DNA from: Xanthomonas sp. | Lineage (GTDB): Bacteria > Pseudomonadota > Gammaproteobacteria > Xanthomonadales > Xanthomonadaceae | Length of the DNA stretch: 47,637 bases | NCBI GenBank assembly: GCA_040509765.1 | Contig: JBEVKG010000284.1 | Span: 1 to 47,637, forward strand | Reading direction: 5' to 3' | Shown here: positions 30,727-39,739 of the stretch, piece after piece | Numbering within the stretch: the first letter of the stretch is position 1 | Layout of the letters: each line of letters opens with the position of its first letter | The notes under the pieces: generated by a model | Told to the model about the DNA's origin: nothing | The model's database searches: none | What the model saw: only the letters and a program-made list of their open reading frames with translations | Position numbers and translations under genes: made by a program

Positions 30727-32067
30727 ATGCCCGATCGCGCCGACCAGATCCTCAGCCCCAGCCAGCTCAACACGCTGGCCCGCGACCTGCTGGAGAGCGC
30801 CTTCCCGCTGGCCTGGGTGGAAGGCGAGCTGGGCAACGTCACCCGCCCCTCGTCCGGCCACCTGTACTTCACCTTGAAGGATGCGCGCGCGCAGGTGCGC
30901 TGCGCGATGTTCAAGCCCAAGAGCCAATGGCTGCGGTTCGTACCGCGCGAAGGCCTGCGGGTGCTGGCGCGCGGCCGCCTGACCCTGTACGAAGCGCGCG
31001 GCGATTACCAACTGGTGCTGGATCACCTCGAGGAAGCCGGCGAAGGCGCGCTGCGCCGCGCGTTCGAGGACCTCAAGGCCAGGCTCGCCGCCGAAGGCCT
31101 GTTCGCCAGCGAGCGCAAGCGCGCCCTGCCCGGCTTCGTGCGCCGCCTGGCCGTGATCACCTCGCCCAGCGGCGCCGCCGTGCGCGACGTGCTGAGCGTG
31201 CTCGGCCGGCGCATGCCGCTGCTGCAGGTGGACATCCTGCCGAGCCTGGTCCAGGGCGACAGCGCCGCGGCGCAGATCGCCGCATTGTTGCGCCAGGCCG
31301 ACGCCAGCGGCCGCTACGACGCGATCCTGCTGACCCGCGGCGGCGGCTCGCTGGAGGATCTGTGGGCGTTCAACGACGAACACCTGGCACGCACCATCGC
31401 CGCGGCGGTCACCCCGGTGGTGTCGGCGGTCGGCCACGAAACCGACGTGACCCTGGCCGATTTCGCCGCCGACCTGCGCGCGCCCACCCCATCGGTCGCC
31501 GCCGAATTGCTGGTCCCGGACCAGCGCGATCTCGGCGCGCGCCTGCATGCCCAGCATGCCGCCCTGCTGCGCTGGCAGCAGCATCGTCTGCGGCAAGCCC
31601 AGCAACGCGCCGACCGCGCCCTGCTGCGGCTGCAGGCGCAGAGCCCGCAGGCACGCCTGCACCTGCTGCAGCGCCGCCAGCACGAGATCGGACGGCGTCT
31701 GGCCGCGGTGTGGCGGCAACAACAGGAGCGCCGTCATGCCCAGTTGCGCCATGCCGCCGCGGTGCTGCGCGCCGCGCAACCGCAGCGTCGGCTGGCGATG
31801 TTGCGCGTGCGCCTGCTGGCGCTGGGCCGGCGCCCGCAGGCGGCAATGGCGCGACAGCTGCAGGCCGATGCGCAGCGCCTGCGCGCGTTGGCGCGCGCCC
31901 TGGAGACGGTCAGCCCGCTGGCCACCGTGGCCCGCGGCTACAGCATCCTGACCCGCGTCGACGACGGCAGCGTGGTGCGCTCGGCCGCCCAGGTCGCGCC
32001 CGGCGATCCCCTGCGCGCACGCCTGGCCGACGGCGAACTGCAGCTGCGTGCCGAGCGCGCAGAGTGA
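30727..32067 (+). CDS. xseA: Exodeoxyribonuclease VII large subunit
   Basis: [65 protein letters not shown]. Confidence 0.96.
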   Translation: MPDRADQILSPSQLNTLARDLLESAFPLAWVEGELGNVTRPSSGHLYFTLKDARAQVRCAMFKPKSQWLRFVPREGLRVLARGRLTLYEARGDYQLVLDHLEEAGEGALRRAFEDLKARLAAEGLFASERKRALPGFVRRLAVITSPSGAAVRDVLSVLGRRMPLLQVDILPSLVQGDSAAAQIAALLRQADASGRYDAILLTRGGGSLEDLWAFNDEHLARTIAAAVTPVVSAVGHETDVTLADFAADLRAPTPSVAAELLVPDQRDLGARLHAQHAALLRWQQHRLRQAQQRADRALLRLQAQSPQARLHLLQRRQHEIGRRLAAVWRQQQERRHAQLRHAAAVLRAAQPQRRLAMLRVRLLALGRRPQAAMARQLQADAQRLRALARALETVSPLATVARGYSILTRVDDGSVVRSAAQVAPGDPLRARLADGELQLRAERAE

Positions 32068-32095
32068 TCGCGCCCCCGCATCGTCCTCGCCGCCC

Positions 32096-32482
32096 ATGAC
32101 CGACAGCCTCCACGACGAACGCATCAAGGCGATCCTGCAAGGCATGCGCCGCGCCGAACGGCGCCGGGCGGAGCGCCGCGCCGACAGCAGCGACCTGCTG
32201 TCGCTGATCGACGGCGCCGCCTATGGCGCACCGGAGGACGCGCAGCGCGCGCTCGCCTGGCTGGCGCACGACGGCACCCTGACGTCCCTGCACCCCGCCG
32301 ACCTGCACAATGTCGGCGACACCATCTGCGTGGCATGGAACGGCTGCGGCAGCGATCTGACGACGCTGTCGCAGTGGCTGCGGGAGATGCGACTGGCCGA
32401 TGGCCGCAGCGCCCTGCAGGCCCTGCGCGACGGCGACAGCGCGGAACTGCTGGCCGCGGCACTGGCCGCGTTTCCCGGCTGA
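32096..32482 (+). CDS. Hypothetical protein (128 aa)
   Basis: ATG 32096 shortly after the xseA stop, GC3-rich codons, protein-like composition; family not recognised with confidence. Confidence 0.65.
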   Translation: MTDSLHDERIKAILQGMRRAERRRAERRADSSDLLSLIDGAAYGAPEDAQRALAWLAHDGTLTSLHPADLHNVGDTICVAWNGCGSDLTTLSQWLREMRLADGRSALQALRDGDSAELLAAALAAFPG

Positions 32483-32739
32483 CGCCGATCGGCCGCACCG
32501 CCTGTCGCACACGATGGCCCGCAACGCGCTGCCTCGGCATGCGCGCTGGGTGCTGCAGGAAGTGCCGATGCGCGGCGCGCGCAGGCATCGGCGAGCGCTG
32601 GCGCCAGCAGGCCGCTACCGAATAACGGGCCCAAGCCGATGCCCGGCGTGCGGGAATACCCGGCGATCGCCCGGTCGTCAGCGCCAGTCGCGCATACGCC
32701 AAATGCTCCGCACGCAGCGACGGCGTGGCGGCGGCGCGT

Positions 32740-33285
32740 TCAGTCCAGTGGCGCGACCACCAGCAGCGGGTCGAGGTCGTAGCCCATCGCCACCGCCTTG
32801 GCCTTGATCGCCTCGAACACGCTGCGCTGCATGCGCGGCGAGCGCGACAGCACCCACAGGTACTTGCGCCCCGGTTCGCCGATCAGCGCCCACTGATAGT
32901 CCGGATCCAGCGCGATCACCCAGTAGTCGGCCCACACAAACGGCACCCAGCCCAGCCAGTCCGGCGCGAAACGCACCTGCAGCCGCCCGGGATGGCCCTG
33001 CACCCGCCGTGCCACGCCTTCGGCCGCCAGCATGTCGCCGCCGGCAGTGCGGCAGGCGTTGCGCACGCCGATCTGGCCGTCGTCGCGCAGCACGTAGGCC
33101 GCGGTGACGTCGCCGACGCATTTCTTCTGGAACGAGACCGGCAGGTGCGCGATCTCATGCCACTGCCCGGCATAGCGGCCGAGATCGAACTCGGCGACCG
33201 AGGTCACCGGCTGCGCGGCGCGCAGCGGCGATGCGAGGCACAACAGGCACGCCAGCAACAGCAGCGCGATCGGCGAAAGGCGCAT
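32740..33285 (-). CDS. blc: Bacterial lipocalin (Blc family)
   Basis: FDLGRYAGQWHEIA (GxW), C..DVTAAY, VRNAC, DYWVIALDPDYQWA, YLWVLSR; N-terminal signal peptide. Confidence 0.9.
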   Translation of the reverse strand: MRLSPIALLLLACLLCLASPLRAAQPVTSVAEFDLGRYAGQWHEIAHLPVSFQKKCVGDVTAAYVLRDDGQIGVRNACRTAGGDMLAAEGVARRVQGHPGRLQVRFAPDWLGWVPFVWADYWVIALDPDYQWALIGEPGRKYLWVLSRSPRMQRSVFEAIKAKAVAMGYDLDPLLVVAPLD

Positions 33286-33381
33286 GCGCAGGTTCCGATG
33301 GACGGTAAACAGCAGCTTATGCAGGAGCTGCGCAGCGATGTAAAGTGCGGCGCGCAAGGCGCACCGCCATGGCGCGGCCGG

Positions 33382-33660
33382 TCAGTTGCTCAGATCGGCC
33401 ATGGAGCGCCGGCTCGGCTGGCTGGCGCATTGCACCGGCTCGCGCAGCACCACGCGCTCGACCACCCCGTCGCGTCGCTGCAGATAGGTGTTGACGATCA
33501 CGCACTCGGAGCCGACCTGCTCGATATACGGCGCCTCGGCGTCGGGGCCGCCCTGCTCGCCCGCATGTTCCGCACGAACATCGGGGGCCGCCGTCGCAGC
33601 GCCAGCCATGGCCCACAACAGCACCGCGCCGCCGCATCTCCGTCCGAATCCGCTGGTCAT
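33382..33660 (-). CDS. Small putative exported protein (92 aa, two mature Cys)
   Basis: Signal-like N-terminus ending ATA-A, GGGGA upstream, beta-hairpin-like segment CVIVNTYLQRRDGVVERVVLREPVQC. Confidence 0.5.
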   Translation of the reverse strand: MTSGFGRRCGGAVLLWAMAGAATAAPDVRAEHAGEQGGPDAEAPYIEQVGSECVIVNTYLQRRDGVVERVVLREPVQCASQPSRRSMADLSN

Positions 33661-33955
33661 TGGCAGGTTCCCCCCGATTGCCCTTGCCTATGATTACGAC
33701 AGGCAGCGCCATTGATTGAGCAGAAGATCCCGAAAAACCGTGAACTGGGCGCACTTGTCTACGAGTGTGGACACACTTTCTTCACATGCGCGATGTGCAA
33801 AGAGCGCTCAACACCGCAGCGCCCATGCGGAAGTCTGCATAGCGCGAAGACTCGGCAGAAAAGCCGCATGGCGACGCCACAGCGTCTTTGATCGACGGAA
33901 CCGACGGGCCGACACCGCGCCGCCGCGACCATGCACAGACCGCAAACCCTTGCGG

Positions 33956-33989
33956 CAAAAGAAAAGGGCCTGCATTGCTGCAAGCCCTG
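33956..33989 (-). terminator. Terminator after tRNA-Phe
   Basis: Minus strand agggcttgca-gcaa-tgcaggccct followed by TTTCTTTT. Confidence 0.8.
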
Positions 33990-33995
33990 AAAGAA

Positions 33996-34071
33996 TGGTG
34001 GCCGAGGACGGAATCGAACCGCCGACACGGGGATTTTCAATCCCCTGCTCTACCAACTGAGCTACTCGGCC
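33996..34071 (-). tRNA. tRNA-Phe (GAA)
   Basis: GGCCGAGTAGCTCAGTTGGTAGAGCAGGGGATTGAAAATCCCCGTGTCGGCGGTTCGATTCCGTCCTCGGCCACCA; 76 nt, cloverleaf, encoded CCA. Confidence 0.98.
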
Positions 34072-34099
34072 ACTGCGCAACGCGGCAGGACCGGTGCGA

Positions 34100-34136
34100 G
34101 GACGCGCATCATAGCGAGGTGATCGGGATTGGGCAA
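34100..34136 (-). promoter_or_regulatory. Sigma-70 promoter of tRNA-Phe with GC-rich discriminator
   Basis: TTGCCC-N17-TATGAT-GCGCGTC on the minus strand. Confidence 0.75.
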
Positions 34137-34908
34137 GCGCAATGTTGCAGAATTTTCCTACCGACCGCCGCGGCCTTTGCCGACTGTGGCCGACCCGCGG
34201 CGGCGCGATGCTGCATGCGTCCTCGGCATCCGGCCGGCGCACGGCAGGGACGCCTTGACGATGGCCGCCGGCCGGATCGCCGTGGACACCGCCCAGATCC
34301 CCACACAAGGACCGCACCAGCCCGGAATCGAGACAGCCACCTACGGGCCCGCTCGGCCGGTTGGCGCGCTGGAGGCTTTCGATGACTGGAACAGCGACGG
34401 CGAATGCTTGCCGCATGACGCAAGAAGCGCTGCGCCGGCCACGCCGAGCCAAGCGAACCGAGTGCGTTCGTGCGGCAACAGGTGCCACGGATCCAGCACC
34501 TGCAGGCATGGCGCGACGCGCTGCAGGCATGGCCGCGCCAACCCCAGTTCCGGCCGAGGCTGCGCTGGCAGCGGTCGCGCCGGCGCTGCAGGGAAGGAGC
34601 ACCAGGTGACGCGCCAGTGCGCTCGCAGGCTGCGCCAGAGCGGACAATCGCCAGACGCCCGCCTGCGATCGCGGCGGGCCTCATTGTCTCTGTCGGGAGT
34701 GCGCATGCGCACGGGGCGATGGGGGAGGCGTCGCTCATCCACTGGTCGCGACGACGTCCCTTGGCATCGCCAGCCACGGTGCCACCGTCGGCCAGCCTCC
34801 ATCCCGCTGCGCCAGGCGCCGGCGCAGCGGGGTCCGCCAGCGCCGCGCCACCGTGGCAGGGAGGGGTGGTGTAGTCTTCGCCGGTCTTCCCTTCCCTGGA
34901 TTGCGCTC

Positions 34909-35385
34909 ATGCGTCACCCGCTCCGCCTCGGCTTGCTCGTGTTGTGCACCGCGCTGCTCGGCGCCTGCAGCGACGGCATGGTGCGGCGCGTGTCCGACCC
35001 GGCCGCCAGCGTGCAGCAGCTGACGGTCAACATGGACGGCAGTTGGAAGGTGGAACTGCGCCTGCAGAACTACAGCAGCATCCCGATGCGCTACGACACC
35101 CTGCACTTGGATCTGGGTGTGGGGGGCGAAGCCGCCGGCAGCCTGCAGGCCGCGCCCGGGATCTCGATCGGCCCGGAGACGGCGGACGTGGTGAGCGTCG
35201 CGCTGCGGCCCAGCTCGAGCGCGCGCATGGCCGTCGCCGACGCCCTCGCCGGCCGCCGCAGCCTGGAGTACACGCTGAAGGGCAGCATCGCCGCGACGCC
35301 GGAAGACAAGAAGCAGCGCAGCTTCGACATCGATACCCGCAACATGCTCTCGCCGGCGCCCGGCCTGGACGGCGTGCTGCGCTGA
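34909..35385 (+). CDS. LEA type 2 / WHy-like lipoprotein
   Basis: Lipobox LLGAC; VELRLQNYSSIPM, YTLKGSI, C-terminal PAPGLDGVLR; 158 aa. Confidence 0.8.
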   Translation: MRHPLRLGLLVLCTALLGACSDGMVRRVSDPAASVQQLTVNMDGSWKVELRLQNYSSIPMRYDTLHLDLGVGGEAAGSLQAAPGISIGPETADVVSVALRPSSSARMAVADALAGRRSLEYTLKGSIAATPEDKKQRSFDIDTRNMLSPAPGLDGVLR

Positions 35386-35613
35386 CCGTGCGGTGGCGCT
35401 GAGGCGCCGCCCCGCTCCGCTTCCTCGAACGCAACGTCCCGGCTTCCAGGGCGACGGGCGCCGCTTCGCGTCGACCTGCGCTTCACCGGACACAGGCGCT
35501 TCCTCGACCTCTCCTTCGGCACGCTGACGCACCGCGTCCTTGTCGCTCTCCGCGCGCGCTGTCCCCGGCGACGCCTCCTCCCGCGCCGCGTTCAGCCAGC
35601 ATTACCGCAAAAT

Positions 35614-35643
35614 TAATACATAAATGTATTATTTACATATGTA
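35614..35643. promoter_or_regulatory. Putative MarR operator/promoter
   Basis: AT island with palindromes TAATACAT-aa-ATGTATTA (35614-35631) and TACATATGTA (35634-35643) just upstream of the MarR gene. Confidence 0.75.
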
Positions 35644-35661
35644 TCAGATCCCGAGTCGGAC

Positions 35662-36159
35662 ATGAGCCGCTTTGACGCCACCGAGCAGCGCCTGAACGTG
35701 ACCGCGCGCAAGCACCCGCCCTTCCCGCGCGAAGCCGCCCTGCTGTTGCGGCTGATCAAGCTGCTGCACAAACTGAGCCTGGACCAGAGCAACGACGTGC
35801 TGCGGCCCTATGGCCTGAGCTACGCCGAATACAACGTCCTGATGATGATCGACGCCAGCCCGGACGGGACCTTGAACCCGTCCCAGCTCAGCGACGCGGC
35901 CGGCGAGAAGTCCGCCAACATCACCCGCCTCACCACGCAACTGGTCGACAAGGGCCTGATCCAGCGCACGCCCAGCGCCGAGGACCGACGCATGTTGTTG
36001 CTGCGTCTGACCGACGCGGGCGAGCGCCTGATCGAAGCGTTGATTCCGGCCTTGTGCGCCCAGTTGCTCACTTATGTGCAGCATCTGGATCCGACCGCGA
36101 TGTCGCAGTTGCAGACGCTGCTGAAGGCCTTGCTGCGCGGCGTCGAGGACGCCGCATGA
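35662..36159 (+). CDS. MarR family regulator (EmrR-like)
   Basis: YGLSYAEYNVL, PSQLS...ANITRL..LVDKGLIQR, EDRR..LRLTDAG. Confidence 0.93.
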   Translation: MSRFDATEQRLNVTARKHPPFPREAALLLRLIKLLHKLSLDQSNDVLRPYGLSYAEYNVLMMIDASPDGTLNPSQLSDAAGEKSANITRLTTQLVDKGLIQRTPSAEDRRMLLLRLTDAGERLIEALIPALCAQLLTYVQHLDPTAMSQLQTLLKALLRGVEDAA

Positions 36160-38327
36160 GCGCCCAGCAGCCCAACGCCGCCGCCGCTGCCAAGGCCGCG
36201 CCCGGCCTGCGCAGCGTGCTCGCCGACGCACTGCGCGGCGAAGGCGAGGCCTGGCTGTTCGTGCTGCGCTCCCTGCTGTCGATCTATCTGGCCGGCTGGA
36301 TCGCGCTGCGCCTGGACCTGGCCTCGCCGATGACCGCGATGATCACCGTGGTGGTGGTGATGCACCGGCAGACCGGCATGGTCTTCGCGAAAGCGTTCTA
36401 TCGGGTGCTGGGTACGCTGACCGGCAGCGTCGCCGCGCTGACCATGGCGGCGCTGTTCCCGCAGGAGCCGGTCCTGTTCCTGCTGGCGCTGTCGCTATGG
36501 ATCGGCGCCTGCACCGGCGGTGCGCTGCTGTACCGCAACTTCAAGGCCTATGCCTTCGTGCTGTCCGGCTATACGGTGGCGCTGATCGCGCTGCCGGCGG
36601 TGAACCAGCCGCAGAACGTGTTCAACCTGGTGGTGGCGCGGGTGACCGAGGTGGTGCTGGGCCTGCTGGTGACCGGCATCGTCAGCGACGTGGTGTTCCC
36701 CAGCCGGCTGCGCCAGACCCTGCGCGACACCGTGCGCCGCGCCTCCGATGGCTTCCTGGACTTCGTCCGCGATGCGACCGGTGGCCAATTGCCACGCGAG
36801 GCGATGGAGCAGGCGCACCTGCGCTTCGTGCGCGACGCGGTGACCATCGAGGACCTGCGCAGTTCGGTGGTGTTCGAGGATCCGGAAGCGCGGGTGCGCA
36901 GCGGGCGGCTGCGGCTGCTCAACCAGCGCTTCATGGCGGTGTCGACCAGCTTCCAGGCGCTGCACCACTACATCAACCGGTTGCTGCGCAACGGCGATGC
37001 CGACGTGGCCGAGGCGCTGATCAGTCTGTACCGCCCGCTCAAGGCTGCGCTCAGCGAGCGCGGCGGTCGCCAGGGCAGCGCCGAGACCGCGCGCAAGCTG
37101 GCCGCCTGCCGCGATGCGCTGGCCACGCGTGCCGCCGAAACGCGGGCGCCGCTGGCCGCGACACAGCACGAGACCTTCGATACCGGCGTCTCGCTGCTAC
37201 GGCGTTTCTTCACCGACCTGCACGACTACGTGGCCACCGAGGCGACGCTGGCGGCGCCGCAACAATGGCGTACGCCGCAGGACCGTGGCGACACTGCCGA
37301 GTTCGTGCGCGGCAACGACTACGCCGCGGCGGCGCTGACCGCGTTACGGGCGGCCTTGCTCGTGGCGTCGCTCTGCTGGCTGTGGCTCAACGCCGGCTGG
37401 GTCAGTGGCGCCACAGCGGTGCTGATGGCCGCGGCGCTGAACGCCATCCTGTCGTCGAGCGCCAACGCACCGAGCGCCGCCCGCTCGCTGTTCAAAGGCT
37501 TCGTGTTCGGCCTGGCGCTCGGCATCGTCTGCCAACTGATGGTGCTGCCGCAGATGGACGGGTACCTGTTGTTCATGGCAGGCACCGCGCCATTCCTGCT
37601 GCTGCTCCTGTATCTGGCCTCGAAGCCAGCGCTGTTCGGCTTCGCCACCGGCAGCAATCTCGCCTTCATCACCGTACTGGGCGTGCAGGCCACGCCCAGC
37701 TTCAACGCCACCGCCACATTCAACAATGTGGTGCCGATGCTGTTGGGGACACTGGCCGTGTGGGCCGCGTTCGTCCTCCTGCCCCCGGTGATCGGCACTC
37801 CGTGGCAGCGCCGGCGCCTGCTCGAGCGGCTGCGGCGGCAGACCACGCTGGCCGCGCGTGCGCCGCTGCCGGGGCTGGCGCTGCGCCTGGAGAGCGTCAA
37901 TCGCGACCTGTTCCAGCAGATCGTCGCGCACACCCCGCCCGGCAGCGACGAACTGCACGATCTGCTCGGCTGGGCGCTGTCGGTGCACGAAACCGGACGC
38001 ACCCTGGTCGAACTGCGCCGCGATGCGGCCGAAGGCGCGCTGCCGCCGGCGCTGGCCGCCGAGGTCGATGCCGCGGTGCAGGCGCTGGCCGATCTGTATC
38101 TGGACCCCAGCCCGCAGCGGCACCGCCAGGCCCTGCAGCGGGTGGAGGCAGCACTGGCCGCCAGCCAGGTGGAGGGCGCGGTACCGCTGCGCTGGAAGCC
38201 CACCCGCGAGCACCTGTTGCTGCTGCGCGGCGCGCTGCTCGACGCCGATTCCGTTCTCGCCGCGCTGGCCGACACGCCTGCGCCGACCACCACCATGCCA
38301 GGAGCCGACGATGCTGCTGCCCGCTGA
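36156..38327 (+). CDS. FUSC family (AaeB/FusC-like) inner-membrane efflux protein
   Basis: KAFYRVLGTLTG, YAFVLSGYT, ARVTEVVLG, two hydrophobic TM clusters; ATGA overlap with the MarR gene. Confidence 0.92.
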   Translation: MSAQQPNAAAAAKAAPGLRSVLADALRGEGEAWLFVLRSLLSIYLAGWIALRLDLASPMTAMITVVVVMHRQTGMVFAKAFYRVLGTLTGSVAALTMAALFPQEPVLFLLALSLWIGACTGGALLYRNFKAYAFVLSGYTVALIALPAVNQPQNVFNLVVARVTEVVLGLLVTGIVSDVVFPSRLRQTLRDTVRRASDGFLDFVRDATGGQLPREAMEQAHLRFVRDAVTIEDLRSSVVFEDPEARVRSGRLRLLNQRFMAVSTSFQALHHYINRLLRNGDADVAEALISLYRPLKAALSERGGRQGSAETARKLAACRDALATRAAETRAPLAATQHETFDTGVSLLRRFFTDLHDYVATEATLAAPQQWRTPQDRGDTAEFVRGNDYAAAALTALRAALLVASLCWLWLNAGWVSGATAVLMAAALNAILSSSANAPSAARSLFKGFVFGLALGIVCQLMVLPQMDGYLLFMAGTAPFLLLLLYLASKPALFGFATGSNLAFITVLGVQATPSFNATATFNNVVPMLLGTLAVWAAFVLLPPVIGTPWQRRRLLERLRRQTTLAARAPLPGLALRLESVNRDLFQQIVAHTPPGSDELHDLLGWALSVHETGRTLVELRRDAAEGALPPALAAEVDAAVQALADLYLDPSPQRHRQALQRVEAALAASQVEGAVPLRWKPTREHLLLLRGALLDADSVLAALADTPAPTTTMPGADDAAAR

Positions 38328-38517
38328 ACTCTCGATCGCCGGGGTGTACGTGCCCGGGCTGCTGGTGCTGGGCCTGGCCCTGCTGCTGGTCGCCTGGGCA
38401 CTGGATGCGGTCGCCGGCCGCGCCGGCCTGTACCGCTACGCCTGGCATCCCTCCCTGTTCCGTCTGGCCATCTACGTCGGCGCGTTCGCCGCGCTCGGCC
38501 TGCTCCTTCTTCCGTGA
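38311..38517 (+). CDS. DUF1656 / AaeX-like small membrane protein
   Basis: MLLPAELSIAGVYVPGLL...LYRYAWHPSLFRLAIY; 68 aa, typical position between FUSC and MFP. Confidence 0.88.
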   Translation: MLLPAELSIAGVYVPGLLVLGLALLLVAWALDAVAGRAGLYRYAWHPSLFRLAIYVGAFAALGLLLLP

Positions 38518-38525
38518 GTCCCGCC

Positions 38526-39524
38526 ATGAAGACCCCTGCCCTGATCCGTTTCGCCCTGACCGCCATCGTGGTGCTGGTCGCCGCCCTGCTGGCGCATGCG
38601 CTGTGGCGCCATTACATGCTTTCGCCCTGGACCCGCGACGGCCGCGTGCGCGCGGAAGTGGTGCGCATCGCGCCGGACGTGTCCGGCCTGGTCGATGCGG
38701 TGGCGGTGCGCGACAACCAGCACGTCAAGCGCGGCGACCTGTTGTTCAGCGTGGACCGCAAGCGCTACGAGCTGGCCCTGGAAAAAGCCCGCGCCAATCT
38801 CGCGGTCGCGCAGGCGCAGGCGCGTGCAGCCGGCGCCAGCGTGTCGGCCGCGGCGGCCACGCAGGTCGCCAGCGAGGCCGAGTTCGACATGCGCCGCGCC
38901 CAGGCCGAGCGCCGTGCGCGCGCCGCCGCGGTGATCTCCGCCGAAGCGCGCTCGGACGCCGAGGCCACCGCGCGTTCGGCCCAGGCCGACGTGCACCGCA
39001 GCGCGGCACTGCGCGGGCAAGCCAGCGCGGCGCAGGCGCAGGCGGTGGCCGCCGTGGAGCAGGCGCAGGCCGCGCTCGACCTGGCCGAACTGGACCTGCA
39101 ACGCACCCAGGTCCGTGCCACCGCCGACGGCTACATCACCAACCTGGAGGTGCGCGTGGGCGACTACGCCCAGGCCGGTGGCGCCCGCCTGGCGCTGGTG
39201 CGCGACGATGCGATGTGGGTCTACGGCTACTTCGAGGAAACCAAGCTGCCGCGGGTCCATGTCGGCGACCGCGCCGACATCCGCCTGATGAGCGGCGGGC
39301 TGGTGCTGCACGGTCAGGTCGAGGGCATCGCGCGCGGCATCTCCGACAGCGACAATCCGACCGGCACCTCGCTGCTGGCCGACGTCAGCCCCACCTTCAA
39401 CTGGATCCGCCTGGCGCAGCGCGTGCCTGTGCGCATCCGCATCGATCCGGCCAGCGTGCCGCAGGGCACCCTGCTCGCCGCCGGCATGACCGCGACGGTC
39501 AGCGTGCATCCGCGGCGGGAGTGA
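38526..39524 (+). CDS. HlyD family membrane fusion protein (AaeA-like)
   Basis: PWTRDGRVRA, IAPDVSG, VYGYFEETKL, PTFNWIRLAQRVPVRI. Confidence 0.93.
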   Translation: MKTPALIRFALTAIVVLVAALLAHALWRHYMLSPWTRDGRVRAEVVRIAPDVSGLVDAVAVRDNQHVKRGDLLFSVDRKRYELALEKARANLAVAQAQARAAGASVSAAAATQVASEAEFDMRRAQAERRARAAAVISAEARSDAEATARSAQADVHRSAALRGQASAAQAQAVAAVEQAQAALDLAELDLQRTQVRATADGYITNLEVRVGDYAQAGGARLALVRDDAMWVYGYFEETKLPRVHVGDRADIRLMSGGLVLHGQVEGIARGISDSDNPTGTSLLADVSPTFNWIRLAQRVPVRIRIDPASVPQGTLLAAGMTATVSVHPRRE

Positions 39525-39534
39525 TGCGGTGTCT

Positions 39535-39600
39535 GTAGGAGCGGCTTCAGCCGCGACGCGCTTTCTCGGTAAAGCTCATCGCGGCTGAAGCCGCTCCTAC
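39535..39600. repeat. GTAG-type REP doublet (REPIN)
   Basis: GTAGGAGCGGCTTCAGCCGCGA ... TCGCGGCTGAAGCCGCTCCTAC, perfect 22-bp inverted pair between convergent genes. Confidence 0.9.
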
Positions 39601-39739
39601 GGCCGCACGATGGATCCCGCTAAGCGGTGGCGGCAACGCGTTACCAGGATCCAGACACCGAGGATCCGTAGCAACGGCATCAAGGCACGGCGCAGGCGTT
39701 GCACCTGCGCGCGTGCTGCAGTCGCGTGGACCGCGGCCC

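Noticed and set aside
32068-34071. Prophage or ICE integrated at tRNA-Phe
   Set aside because: No integrase, phage or conjugation genes and no duplicated tRNA 3' end seen in the window
33716-34385. ORFs overlapping the tRNA (33716..34060, 33759..34040, 33888..34385)
   Set aside because: They are translations of the tRNA-Phe gene and its flanks
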